The position numbers were made by a program, and so were the translations under genes. From positions 91,018,001 to 91,082,000 of the forward strand of contig NC_086108.1 in NCBI RefSeq assembly GCF_963921235.1: 64,000 nt of DNA. Direction: 5' to 3'. Below are positions 1-12,067 of the stretch, in pieces; positions within the stretch are counted from its first letter, which is position 1, and each line of letters begins with the position of its first letter. The DNA comes from Mobula hypostoma. Lineage: Eukaryota. Below the pieces are notes generated by a model that worked only from the letters and a program-made list of their open reading frames with translations, was not told the origin of the DNA and did not search any database.

Positions 1-205
1 TGCAAGTTTTTGGAATTCCTGGAGACAGAAGGCAGTGTAAGCTCATAGTTAAACCTGAGATAAATATGATTTTAATCAAATAAGGAATCAAAGGGTATTA
101 GGGAGAGGATGCGAAAGTGGACATGGTGAAAGTTGGATTGGCCGTGATTTTGAGTGGTAGAGCAGGCTTGAGGGGCTGAAGGACCTGCTTCTATTTCTAT
201 GTATC
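1..205 (+). mobile_element. Decayed CR1 LINE 3' end
   Basis: Resembles the 3' ends of the other CR1 copies (aatcaaagggtatt...gagcaggcttgaggggctgaa...tttctatg). Confidence 0.65.
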
Positions 206-2435
206 CTGGCCTCATGACCAACCAAGGTAAAGGTTGTAGACAGATTAAGAAGAATGTATTAGTATTCTTATAACAGCAAACTGCTAGGAAATCTTATCAT
301 GGTATTGTAAATTCCTTTCCATTCAGAAAAATAGGTAAGCAACATGTTCTCAAGTCTTTGTAGGTGAAGGGAATGTTGCACGTAGGGCAATAGTTTGCAA
401 GTAAAGTTGGGAAAAGGTCAACAAAAGGAATATCCCACCGCACCATTTAGTTTAGAGCAGCTCTTTATAAACCAAATTTTCCACTGGAAGTGAGCCAGCT
501 TCCAGATGCTATTGGTGAGATAGTAATTCAGTAGAGGTTTCCTTATCAAGTACCAGCTAAGTGAGTAATGTTCTCCATGGAGTTCTAAGGGTTAATTAAT
601 ATTTATAATGGCAGCAGAGATCTAATATCTTTGGTGAGATTATATTATTCATGCTGTATGTGCATTTGATTGAGGAGCATTTAAAAACATCCTGTTGTGC
701 TTGTAGACTGTTCCTAGTTTGATTTGTCAGCACAGCAGTGATCGGTGCACTTTAATAGAGAAGCAGTACATTGTGCAAAGCAGCTTTAAGATGTTTCAAC
801 ATGAAAGACCCTATCTAATTGTAAATATTATTATAATATATAAATATGGTAAAATCCTTGGTGCCTCTTGACAGTTGCTAATTACTGTCTTAATTGACGA
901 CAGCCAGATCAGCTCAATTAAAAAAAAAACTACTGGATGGTTTAGTGATGGAAAATGGTAAGAAGAATTGTCTTTGGGTTTAAGTTCTGTCAAACAGCTA
1001 ATATATTAGTAAACCAGCTTTTGGAAGAATCTTTCAGTACCAGCTGTTTGGTTCATTATAATTTTGTATGACTGATCCTCTGAGTGCTTCATTTATAACC
1101 ATTATGTGTGAAATTGTAATTTCATATGGACCTCCGTAATCTACATTTTAATATATATGTAGTCAGATTTTCCCTGAGAATATACATCTTTAGAATAATG
1201 GGAGTGTACAATGCACAAATTAAAATTTAATCCAAAATGGCAAATTAGAATATGTCTTCCACAAAGAGTAATTTCAAATGCATAAAATACATTTGGACAG
1301 AAATGTTATTCTGGTACCATTCACTACTGCAATTGTTAGATTATGCAATTAATAAATTACTAGCATTATATTAGACAATGTTATAGCTAAGAAAAGATTT
1401 AGAAAAATTACATACTTTGAAAATTAGTTGCCAAAATTTTCAAAACAATACCATTTCATCTGAATGAATCTATATTTAAAGTAATGCTTATTCATCCTAG
1501 TTTAGTAATTATGGTTGTTTTCATAGATGCATATATTTTACTTAATCCAGAACTGATAAAATTCTTTTAAAAATGCATGCAGAATAATTATTCTAATTGA
1601 GAGACATTGTGCACTTCTTAATAAAAAGAAAATGAAACGACCATATTTTATCTCTTACAAAATGAATCTTTTGTTATTATTACCCACTGCATTCAACATA
1701 AAGCAATCATTTAACTATTGTACTGAATTCCTCGTGAGTTGATTCTACATATCATCTTTGAAACTTCAAGCTATTTTATTGCATGTACAAGGAATAACTC
1801 TTTCAAAGGTTGTAAGTACTTCATAAATCAATATACATTCAAACTAACGCATATTTTTATACGAGCATACAATGTGTTTATATCTCCTATATATAATTGA
1901 AATAACCTCTTTCAGTCCTAATCCTTATGCAAAAGACAGTCCAATTCACTTCTAGTACTTTTGGAAATACATTGTTCAAAATGAATACTGCAGTTTCATC
2001 TTGTACACATTGGGTAGCATCATGCATATGGTTCAATAATGCCTTAAAGTGTTGTTAGATAAAATGGTTTCAATTTACATTCTGCTCATGTACGTTGACA
2101 AACTGAAGTCATGCCACTTTGAATAAAAGCTAGCAGCAGGATGGGGGAAGGGAATATGGCTCAGGATGAATAAAATAGTTGTGCATCATTTAGGAAACAA
2201 TGTTACATTTTCTGATCCAAATCTAATGGGAATTAAAATATTTGCTTTAACTTTTATTATGAAGTGTGCTCACAAGTAAAGGTATGTTTTTTAATACAGG
2301 AGCAAACTCATCTGCACATTCACTACTGCCTGTATAAATTCAGGGAATACTATTGCACAATTCATAGCAGGGCATGCAGGGCAGCAGAATTTTTTAATGC
2401 TTTTATTGTTTGTCTGGCCTAACTATGTTTATATA

Positions 2436-2993
2436 CACTCTGTGGCCATTGTATTAGGTACACTAGTACATCTGCTCGTTAATAGAAGTATCTAATCGGC
2501 TAATCATGTGGCAGCAATTCAATACATAAAACCATTCAGACATGGTCAAGAGGTTCAGTTGTTGTTCAAACCAAACATCAGAATGGGGAAGAAATGTGAT
2601 CTAAGTGACTTTGATTGTGGAATGATTGTTGGTGCCAGACGGTGGTTTGAGTATCTCAGAAACTGCTGATCTCCTGGGATTTTCACATGCAATAGTCTCA
2701 AAAGTTTACAGAGAATGGTGTGAAAAACAAAAAGACATCCAATGAGTGGTAGTTCCGTGGACAAAAATCCCTTGTTAATGAGAGAGGTCAGAGGAGAATG
2801 GCCGGATTGTTTCCTGCTGACAGGAAGGTTGCAGTAACCATGTGTTACAACAATGTTGGGCAGAAGAGTATTCCTGAATGCACAACACATTGAACTTTGA
2901 AGTGCATGGGCTAGAGTAGCAAAAGACCTCAAACACACACTCAGTGCCCACTTTATTAGGTTCAGGAGGTGTGTAATATGTGACTACTGAGTG
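2436..2993 (+). mobile_element. Non-autonomous Tc1/mariner derivative, copy 1
   Basis: TA-flanked termini CACTC...GAGTG. Decayed N-terminal transposase MGKKCDLSDFD.GMIVGAR from 2583, ending near GYSSRRP and followed by an extra internal TIR. Confidence 0.85.
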
Positions 2994-3505
2994 TAGAAAC
3001 TGCTGGGATTAAAATCCTTCATGTTTTAAGCCAAGATCAATAAAGCAGGCAGAATTTTGGAACTATTTCACTGGGAGGCTCAAAGGGCTGGTGAGAAAAT
3101 CTATAACAAATGTAGATTGAGACTGGATAGATTTATTGGGTCTCTGATTCAAGCAACAATTCATCTGTAAGTGGTCATTTGTAAGAGACGTGACTCAGTG
3201 CAGCCTTGAACATTGTGGGAGGCTAGGGAGGAAATTGCAGTGTGCCTCGTGGAGATATTTGCTCCCTCGTTAGCCATTGTTGAAGCTGCCAAAGAGTAGA
3301 AGGTAGCTAATGTGGAACAATTGCTTCATTAGTTTAAAAAGGTAGCAGTGACAAGCCAGAGAATGACTGACCTTCAGCTGATATCAGAAGTTGTGAACTC
3401 ACTGAAAGGGAATCTGAAGGACAGGTTCTATGAGCATTTGGACAGTCTGATTAGGAGGAGTCAGCATAGCTCTGTGCTTGGAAAGTCTTGCTTGTCAAAC
3501 AATAA

Positions 3506-6093
3506 CACGACCTCTGGCTCCTCACCCTCCCACTTCAGGATATCTTGGACACGATCAGAAATATCCCGGACCGTGTGCAATAAAGGAACAGCAGTTATAA
3601 TGGGTGACTTCAATCTACATGTAGACTGGGTGAACCAAATTGGTAAAGGTGCTGAGGAAGAGGATTTCTTGGAATGTATGCGGGATGGTTTTTTGAACCA
3701 ACATGTCGAGGAACCAACTAGAGAGCAGGCTATTCTGGACTGGGTTTTGAGCAATGAGGAAGGGTTAATTAGCGATCTTGTCGTGAGAGGACCCTTGGGT
3801 AAGAGTGACCATAATATGGTGGAATTCTTCATTAAGATGGAGAGTGACATAGTTAATTCAGAAACAAAGGTTCTGAACTTAAAGAGGGGTAACTTTGAAG
3901 GTATGAGACGTGAATTAGCTAAGATAGACTGGCAAATGACACTTAAAGGATTGACGGTGGATATGCAATGGCAAGCATTTAAAGGTTGCATGGATGAACT
4001 ACAACAATTGTTCATCCCAGTTTGGCAAAAGAATAAATCAAGGAAGGTAGTGCACCAGTGGCTGACAAGAGAAATTAGGGATAGTATCAATTCCAAAGAA
4101 GAAGCATACAAATTAGCCAGAGAAAGTGGCTCACCTGAGGACTGGGAGAAATTCAGAGTTCAGCAGAGGAGGACAAAGGGCTTAATTAGGAAGGGGAAAA
4201 AAGATTATGAGAGAAAACTGGCAGGGAACATAAAAACGGACTGTAAAAGCTTTTATAGATATGTAAAAAGGAAAAGACTGGTAAAGACAAATGTAGGTCC
4301 CCTGCAGACAGAAACAGGTGAATTGATTATGGGGAGCAAGGACATGGAAGACCAATTGAATAGTTACTTTGGTTCTGTCTTCACTAAGGAGGACATAAAT
4401 AATCTTCCAGAAATAGTAAGGGACAGAGGGTCCAGTGGGATGGAGGAACTGAGCGAAATACATGTTAGTAGGGAAGTGGTGTTAGGTAAATTGAAGGGAT
4501 TGAAGACAGATAAATCCCCAGGGCCAGATGGTCTGCATCCTAGAGTGCTTAAAGAAGTAGCCCAAGAAATAGTGGATGCATTAGTGATAATTTTTCAAAA
4601 TTCGTTAGATTCTGGACTAGTTCCTGAGGATTGGAGGGTGGCTAATGTAACCCCACTTTTTAAAAAAGGAGGGAGAGAGAAACCGGGGAATTATAGACCG
4701 GTTAGCCTAATGTCGGTGGTGGGGAAACTGCTGGAGTCAGTTATCAAGGATGTGATAACAGCACATTTGGAAAGCGGTGAAATGATCGGACAAAGTCAGC
4801 ATGGATTTGTGAAAGGAAAATCATGTCTGACGAATCTCATAGAATTTTTTGAGGATGTAACTAGTAGAGTGGATAGGGGAGAACCAGTGGATGTGGTATA
4901 TTTGGATTTTCAAAAGGCTTTTGACAAGGTCCCACACAGGAGATTAGTGTGCAAACTTAAAGCACACGGTATTGGGGGTAAGGTATTGGTGTGGGTGGAG
5001 AATTGGTTAGCAGACAGGAAGCAAAGAGTGGGAATAAACGGGACCTTTTCAGAATGGCAGGCGGTGACTAGTGGGGTACCGCAAGGCTCAGTGCTGGGAC
5101 CCCAGTTGTTTACAATATATATTAATGACTTGGATCAGGGAATTAAATGCAGCATCTCCAAGTTTGCGGATGACACGAAGCTGGGTGGCAGTGTTAGCAG
5201 TGAGGAGGATGCTGAGAGGATGCAGGGTGACTTGGATAGGTTGGGTGAGTGGGCAATTTCATGGCAGATGCAATTTAATGTGGATAAATGTGAAGTTATC
5301 CACTTTGGTGGCAAAAATAGGAAAACAGATTATTATCTGAATGGTGGCTGATTAGGAAAAGGGGAGGTGCAACGAGACCTGGGTGTCATTATACACCAGT
5401 CATTGAAAGTGGGCATGCAGGTACAGCAGGCGGTGAAAAAGGCGAATGGTATGCTGGCATTTATAGCGAGAGGATTTGAGTACAGGAGCAGGGAGGTACT
5501 ACTACTGCAGTTGTACAAGGCCTTGGTGAGACCACACCTGGAGTATTGTGTGCAGTTTTGGTCCCCTAATCTGAGGAAAGACATCTTTGCCATAGAGGGA
5601 ATACAAAGAAGGTTCACCAAATTGATTCCTGGGATGGCGGGACTTTCATATGAAGAAAGACTGGATGAATTGGGCTTGTACTCGTTGGAATTTAGAAGAT
5701 TGAGGGGGGATCTGATTGAAACGTATAAGATCCTAAAGGGATTGGACAGGCTAGATGCAGGAAGATTGTTCCCGATGTTGGGGAAGTCCAGAACGAGGGG
5801 TCACAGTTTGAGGATAGAGGGGAAGCCTTTTAGGACCGAGATTAGGAAAAACTTCTTCACACAGAGAGTGGTGAATCTGTGGAATTCTCTGCCACAGGAA
5901 ACTGTTGAGGCCAGTTCATTGGCTATATTTAAGAGGGCATTAGATATGGCCCTTGTGGCTACGGGGGTCAGGGGGTATGGAGGGAAGGCTGGGGCGGGGT
6001 TCTGAGTTGGATGATCAGCCATGATCATAATAAATGGCGGTGCAGGCTCGAAGGGCCGAATGGCCTACTCCTGCACCTATTTTCTATGTTTCT
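3506..6093 (+). mobile_element. Young 5'-truncated CR1 LINE with near-intact ORF2 (partial APE endonuclease plus RT), 3' UTR hairpin and (TTTCTATG)n tail
   Basis: Motifs GDFN, SDH, YRPVSL, DFQKAFDKV, GVPQGSVLGP and FADD. One in-frame TGA at 5349-51, after which the same frame continues to 6005. Candidate TSD AATAA at 3501-05 and 6094-98. Confidence 0.95.
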
Positions 6094-6193
6094 AATAAAG
6101 AGTTTTATGAAGAGGTAACTGAAAAAGATGGGTTAGAGTAGGGCAGTGTATGTTGTCTGTTTGGACTTGAGCAAGACATTTGACAGGGTTCTG

Positions 6194-7638
6194 TTTAGGA
6201 ACAGTTACTATTCATTTATTGATTTCACTAAAGCATTGGACAAAGTGCAACATGAAAAATTATTTCAAATTCTCACTAAGCATTGACGGAAGGGACCAAC
6301 AACTGCTTCAAAATTTATATTAGAACCAAATGAAGGTGGTAAAATTGATGATAATATAAGCAGTTGGACTAAAATTCGAAGAGGAGTTAGACAGGGATGC
6401 GTTGCCTCACCAGAATTGTTTAATATCTATAGTGAAATGATTCTGAGAAAAATAGAAGACCTAGATTGAATAAAAATTGGAGGTGTTAACATCAACAATA
6501 TAAGATATGCAGACGATACCACCCTAATAGCAAGTGCTGCAGAAGACCTACAGATCCTCCTAGACAAAGTAGTATAAACAAGTGCGGATTTTGGTCTAAC
6601 CCTCAGCTGTAAAAAAAACAAATGTATGGTAATACCAAAACAGCAGGATACTCCCAACTGCCAATTGTACATCGGTAACCAAGAGACTGAACAAAAGACC
6701 AGCTTTAATTACCTTGGTAGCTTTATATCACAAGATGCTAGAAGTAAAGTAGAAATAAAAAGAAGAATTGCCTTTGCCAAAACCAACTTCCAACCCATTT
6801 TTACCAACAGACACATTTCTATAACAACAAGGTTTAGGCTACTAAAATGTTACATCTGGTCAATCTTGCTGTATGTTTCTGAAACATGGACTATAACACC
6901 AGAACTCCAAAGAAACTGAGAAGCAACAGAAATGTGGTTTCTTAGAATAATGCTGAAAATATCATATAGAGATAGGGTAACTAATGAGACAGTACTCCAA
7001 TGTGCCCATACAAAAAGATCTTTAATGAGAACATTAAATGAGAGGAAACTTAAATTCCTGGGCCATGTCATCAGAAAGGGAGAAATAAAATACCTTACAT
7101 TACAAGGCCGAATGCCTGGGAAACACAGAAGAGGAAGACAAAGAAGAAAATATATGGACACTGTGAAAGAACTAACAGATCTAAGTGTGCAAGATATCAT
7201 TGATGCTGCATGGGATTGTTGGATGTGGAAAGCCATGATCACCCAAGTGTGTAACATGCAAGGCACATGAAGAAGAAGAAGAAGAAGACTATCATTCAGT
7301 CATCAGGCTCTTGAGCCAATGGAGATAACTTCACTTTTCCCATCACTGAAATGTTGCAGCAACCTATGTACTCACTTTCAAGGTCTCTTTATCTCATGTT
7401 CATGGTATTTATTGTTTATTTATTGATTATTATTATTTCTTTCTATTTGCATTTGCACAGTTTTTTTTGTTTTTGCACTGATTGAATGCCCAAGGTGGTG
7501 GGGTCTTTCATTGACTCCATTGTGATTACTATTTTATTATGGATATATTGAGTATGCCTACAAGAAAATGAATCTCAGAGTTGTATAGGGTGATATATAG
7601 TGTATATATTTTGATAGTAAATTTACTTTGAACTTTGA
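6194..7638 (+). mobile_element. Rex1/Babar-type LINE 3' fragment hosting the RTE insertion
   Basis: aggaacagttactat|cattcagtcatcaggctcttg rejoins across the RTE. It ends in aaatttactttgaactttga, a tail also seen inverted at ~53857-53940. Confidence 0.6.
6212..7287 (+). mobile_element. 5'-truncated decayed RTE-clade LINE with (GAA)n tail
   Basis: Motifs FIDFTKA, GVRQGC..SP.LFN, YADD, EIKRRI.FAK, LLYVSETWT and GHVIRK. (GAA)n tail at 7269-7287. Candidate TSD ACTAT at 6207-11 and 7288-92. Confidence 0.9.
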
Positions 7639-9459
7639 TAGGCTGGCCTGGAAGGTTATTTCTAGGGAGAGATAATTGGGTGGATTCAAAATTGGTTCAG
7701 CAGTAGGTAGTACTGGGTGATTGTTGAAGGTTATTTCTTGGAATGGAGGTAGGAGACTAGTGATGTGCTGCAGGAGATGATGTTTAGACCTTTGTTATTG
7801 CATAAATGATTTGGATGTGGATGCACAAGGCTTGATCAGTAAATTTTCAGATGACACAGTATGAGGAGGTGTTGTCGATAGTAAAGATTGTCAGATTACA
7901 AGGCGGCCTTGATCAGTTAGGAGAGTGTTACAAGGAGTGGCAAATGAATGTCATCACAGATATGTGAGAGGTGAAGCATTTTGGAAAATCAAACCGGCAC
8001 AGGATTTATATGATGATTGGTAGTACACTTGGGAGTGTAAAGGAACATAGGGACGTTGGAGTACAAATGTGTAGATTGTCGTAAATGATACACAATTTAG
8101 ACAAAGTGATGCAAAAGGCATTACATTGCAGTTGTGTAACTCATTGGTGAGGACACAATTGGAGTATTGTGTACAGTTTTGGTCACCTGTTATAGGAAAG
8201 GTGTGATTAAACTGGAAAGAGTGGAAAAAAACATTTACAGAGCCTATAAAAAGTATTCACCCGCCCCCCCCCGCCACCCGCCCCGGGAAGCTTTCATGTT
8301 TTATTGTTTTACAACATCGAATCACGAAGTATTTAGCTTTGCTTTTTTGACACCGATCAACAGAAAAAGACTCTTTCCTCTCAAAGTGGAAACAGATCTC
8401 CGCAAAATGATCTAAATGAATTACAAATATAAAGCACAAAATAATTGATTGCAAAAGTATTTACCCCCTTTAATATGGCACAGCAACTCGTCACTGGTGC
8501 AGCCAATTAGTTTCAGAAGTCCTGTAATTAGTTAAATAGAGATCTGTTTTTGGAGACCTGTACACAATGCACAGTACCTGTACATTGATTGTAGTAAAAT
8601 CACACCTGTATCTGGAAGGTCCAGCTGCTGGTGAGTCAGTATCCTGGCAAAAACTACACCATGAAGACAAAAGAAAACTCCAAGCAAATTCGCAAAAAGA
8701 TTATTGAAATGCAGAAGCCAGGAGATGGAGTCAAGAACATTTCCAAGTCACTGAATATCCTTTAGAGTACAGTTAAGTCAGTCAATCATCAAAAAATACA
8801 AAGAATATGGCATAGCTGTAAATCTGCATAGAGCAGGCCGTTCTCAAAAACTGAATGACCGTGCAAGAAGGGGAGTAGAGAGGGAGGCCACCAAGAGACC
8901 TTTGACAGCTCTGGGAGAGTTATAAGTTTCAGTGGCTGAGATGAGAGAGACTGTGCGCACAACTGTTGCCCGGGTGTTTCACCAGCCGTAGCTTTATGGG
9001 AGAGTGTCAGAGAGAAAGCCTGTGAAAAAGCCTCACATGAAATCTTGGCTAGAGTTTGCCAGAAGCCATGTGGGAGACTCCAAAGTCAGCTAGAAGAAGA
9101 TTCCCTGGCCTAATGAAACCAAAATTGAGCTTTTTGGCCATCAAACTAGATGCTATGTTTGGCGTAAGACAAACACCATGCATCATCAAAAACGCTCCAT
9201 CCCTACCATAAAGTATGGTGGTGATTGCATCATGCTGGGGGGAATGCTTCGCCTGCAACAGGCCCTGTAAGGCGTGTGAACGTAGAGGGTAAAATGAATG
9301 CAGAAAAATACAGGGAAATTCTGGAGGAAAACTTGATGCAGTCTGCAAGACAGCTACAGCTTGGGAGAAGATTTGTTTTTCAGCAAGACAGTGACCCCAA
9401 GCATTAAACCAATGCTACACAGGAATGGCTTAAAAGCAACAAAGTTAATGTCCTGGAGT

Positions 9460-10271
9460 CCAGATTAGATATGGCAAAGTTATTTCCCATGGTAGGAGAT
9501 TCCAGGACAAGAGGGCACGACTTCAGGATTGAAGGACGTCCTTTTAGAACTGAGATGCGGAGAAATTACTTTAGTCAGAGGGTGGTAAATCTGTGGAATT
9601 TGTTGCCACAAGCGGTTGTGGAGGCCAAGTCATTGGGTTTATTTAAAGCAGAGATAGATAGGTTCTTGATTAGCCAGGGCATCAAAGGGTATGGAGTGAA
9701 GATGACTGGAAGAATTGGATCAGCCCATGATTGAATGGCAGAGCAGACTCGATGGGCCAAATAGAAACATAGAAACATACAAAACCTACAGCACAATTCA
9801 GGCCCTTCGGCCCACAAAGTTGTGCTGAACATGTCCCTACCTTAGAAATTACTAGGCTTACCTATAGCCCTCTATTTTTCTAAGCTCCTTGTACCTATCC
9901 AAAAGTCTCTTTAAAGACCTTATCAAATCCACCTCCACCACCATTGCTGGCAGCCCATTCCACGCACTCACCACTCTCTGAGTATAAAACCATACCCCTG
10001 ACATATCCTCTGTACCTACTCCCCAGCACCTCACACCTGTGTCCTTTTGTGGCAACCATTTCAGCCCTGGGAAAAAGCCTCTGACTATCCACACGATCAA
10101 TGCCTCTCATCATCTTATACACCTCTGTCAGGTCACCTCTCATCCTCCGTCGCTCCAAGGAGAAAAGGCTGAGTTCACTCAGCCTATTCTCATAAGGCAT
10201 GCTCCCCAATCCAGGCAACAATAGCCTACTTCTGCTCCTATATCTTATGGTCTTATGGTCATATGGTCTTA
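9460..10271 (+). mobile_element. CR1 3' fragment with (TCTTATGG)n tail inserted in the Tc1
   Basis: SRTRGH..FSQRVVNLWN.LP motif. TSD TGGAGT at 9454-59 and 10272-77. Confidence 0.9.
9765..10219 (-). mobile_element. CR1 3' fragment nested in the preceding CR1
   Basis: Minus-strand LFSLERRRMRGDL..YK motif and (TAGAAACA)n tail. TSD AATAG at 9760-64 and 10220-24. Confidence 0.9.
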
Positions 10272-10453
10272 TGGAGTGGTCAAGTCAGAGTCCAGACCTC
10301 AATCCAATTGAGAATTTGTGGCTAGACTTGAAAAGGGCTGTCCAGTCACAATTTCCCTGCAACTTAACAGAGCGTGAGCAGTTTTGTAAAGAGGAATGGG
10401 AGAAAATTGCTGTGACCAGATGTGCAAAGCTGGTAGAGACCTATCCACACAGT

Positions 10454-10611
10454 CTGAGCCATACATTTTTACACGGCCTGCAAACGGCCTAGCATTTCAT
10501 ATTAATATTATATAAAAGAAAATTCCAGCTGTGTAACAGCAAAGGCTATGTGCACGGGAGCATTTCAGGAATTGCACGGCTGCGCACCTGCACAGCTTAG
10601 AAGGAACAGTG
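10454..10611. mobile_element. Possible hAT-like DNA transposon terminal fragment
   Basis: Ends in gcgcacctgcacagcttagaaggaacagtg, resembling CAGTGTTCCCTCTAAG-type termini in reverse. No partner end was found. Confidence 0.3.
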
Positions 10612-10819
10612 ATTGTTCCTGGGATAAAGCGAGCGCAGTCAGAAGTGGTAACTGTCCATCTACTAGCGTGCATGATGCTATCCAGGGGATCTATACCTGG
10701 AACTTCGTTTGTCCTTTTAATATCTGAGTTAAAACATTACTGAAATATGTAGCCCTTTTGTCAGGTGCCGTTCAGAAGGAGACAGTAAGAAAGAAGACGT
10801 TACAATGAGACCTATTTTA

Positions 10820-11042
10820 CTTATTTAATTCAGAGATACAGCTTGGTAACAGGCCCTTCTAAGCCAACGAGCCAATTACACCCATGTCACCAATTAACCT
10901 ACTAACCTGTATATCTTTGGAATGTGGGAGGAAACCAGAGCACCCAGAGGAAACCCACGTGGTCATGGGAAGAATATACAAGCTCCTTACAGACAGTGGT
11001 GGGAACTGAACCAGATTACTGCCACTGTAAGCACGATGCTAC
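10820..11042 (-). mobile_element. tRNA-derived V-SINE (HE1-like)
   Basis: Contains the reverse complement of the conserved GGGTTTCCTC.GGGTGCTC.GGTTTCCTCCCACA domain. Confidence 0.8.
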
Positions 11043-11388
11043 AAAAGGTCTAGTTAGAGTTAACGTGGAAAGGATGTTTTCGAAAGTGAGGGAGTCTGGG
11101 ACCAAAGGGCACCGCCTCAGAATACAAGAACATTCCTTTAGAACAGAGATGAGGAAGATTTTTTTAGACAGAGGATGGTGAAGCTATGGAATTCATTGCC
11201 ACATATAGATGTCAATGGGTATATTTAAAGGTGACTGATAGGTTCTTCATTAATCAAGGTGTCCAAGGTTACGGGGAGAAGGCAGGAGAAAGGGGTTGAG
11301 AGCGATGATAAATCAATCATGATGTAATGGTGGAGCAGACTTGATGAGCCAAATGGGCTAATTCTGCTCCTTTGTCTTATGGTTTTAA
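11043..11388 (+). mobile_element. CR1 3' fragment
   Basis: VNVERMF..SGTKGHRLRI..FRTEMR coding remnant plus CR1 3' UTR and tcttatgg tail. Confidence 0.8.
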
Positions 11389-12012
11389 GGTCTATCGTGC
11401 ATCTGGACAAAGGGAGACCTAGGGAAGGATAAAGAGAATAGGACAAAAATAGCCAGTGATGCTCAATAAGAGAAAGTGAGATTATACTGTACACTTCAGA
11501 TCTAGGAAAGTCAAATTAGAATATCAGCTGCAGAAAACCAAGAGGATTAATGTCCACGTATTCCAATCTCTAAAAGTTATCTCTTGGCTACACAAAGCAA
11601 TCGCAAGGGCGAAAATTGTGTTGATCTTTATCATAAGAGGTTACAATACAGCATGTATCAAGCATTACTTGAGAGACTAATTTAATCTTCGGTACTGGAT
11701 GCATGGAAAGATGCACTCACCTTGAGAAGGATATGGCATACAAAGCTGCACTAGAAGTAAAAGATGAATAAACTTGTCATGTTTTCTCCAAATGTTTATA
11801 AGGGTAATATGTTGAAATGTTTTATTCCCTCTGGAGAGTGAATCTAGTTTAAGAAAGCATAATGTTAAAGTTAGAGCCAGGCTCTTTACAAGTCAAATAA
11901 GGAAGCAAGTCATAATCACGAGAAGGTTTGCAGATGCTGGAAATCCAAATTAACACACCCAAAATGTTGAAGGAACTCAGAAGGTCAGGCAACAGCTTTG
12001 GAAATGAATTAT

Positions 12013-12050
12013 CAGTCGATGTTTTGAGCTGAGACCCTTCATCAGGCCTG
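12013..12050 (-). ncRNA. Degenerate minimal hammerhead ribozyme motif in a Penelope-like repeat
   Basis: Minus strand reads CAGGC CTGATGA AGGGTCTCAGCTC AAAA CATC GACTG; the core G12 is mutated. Confidence 0.55.
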
Positions 12051-12067
12051 GAAAGGATGAGGGAAAT

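Larger units (their letters stand above)
3200..8237 (+). mobile_element. Old decayed CR1 RT-region copy, split by younger insertions (pieces ~3200-3505, 6094-6193, 7639-8237)
   Basis: The pieces are collinear with CR1 ORF2 (..SQH..GKSCLSN | NKEFYEEVT..FDRV | ..WIQNW..LEYCVQFWSP..) once the inserts are removed. Confidence 0.75.
8238..10452 (+). mobile_element. Decayed Tc1 (DD34E) transposon, 3'-truncated and interrupted by CR1s
   Basis: TA|CAGAGCCTATAAAAAGTATTCA left end and ATG at 8661 (MKTKE..). Removing 9460-10277 rejoins QQD...PDLNPIE with exactly 34 residues between D and E. Confidence 0.92.

Noticed and set aside
3461..4111. 216-aa minus-strand ORF
   Set aside because: It is the antisense shadow of CR1 ORF2; only the short esterase-like stretch is meaningful.
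3348..5351. 667-aa ORF as a host gene or complete CR1 ORF2
   Set aside because: Its first ~75 residues are a chance read-through of an old CR1 and the inverted fragment. The true ORF2 is 5'-truncated and has an internal stop.
8259..8287. C-rich run (G-quadruplex potential on the minus strand); also poly-G at 56464-56477
   Set aside because: These are simple homopolymer expansions, the first inside the Tc1 terminus, with no evidence of function and error-prone in assemblies.
9731..9748. Peptide VCSAIQ matching the start of the next DPYD exon
   Set aside because: It is on the wrong strand and in the wrong order, lies inside a CR1 3' UTR, and the similarity stops after six residues. The real flanking exons were not found and probably lie outside the window.
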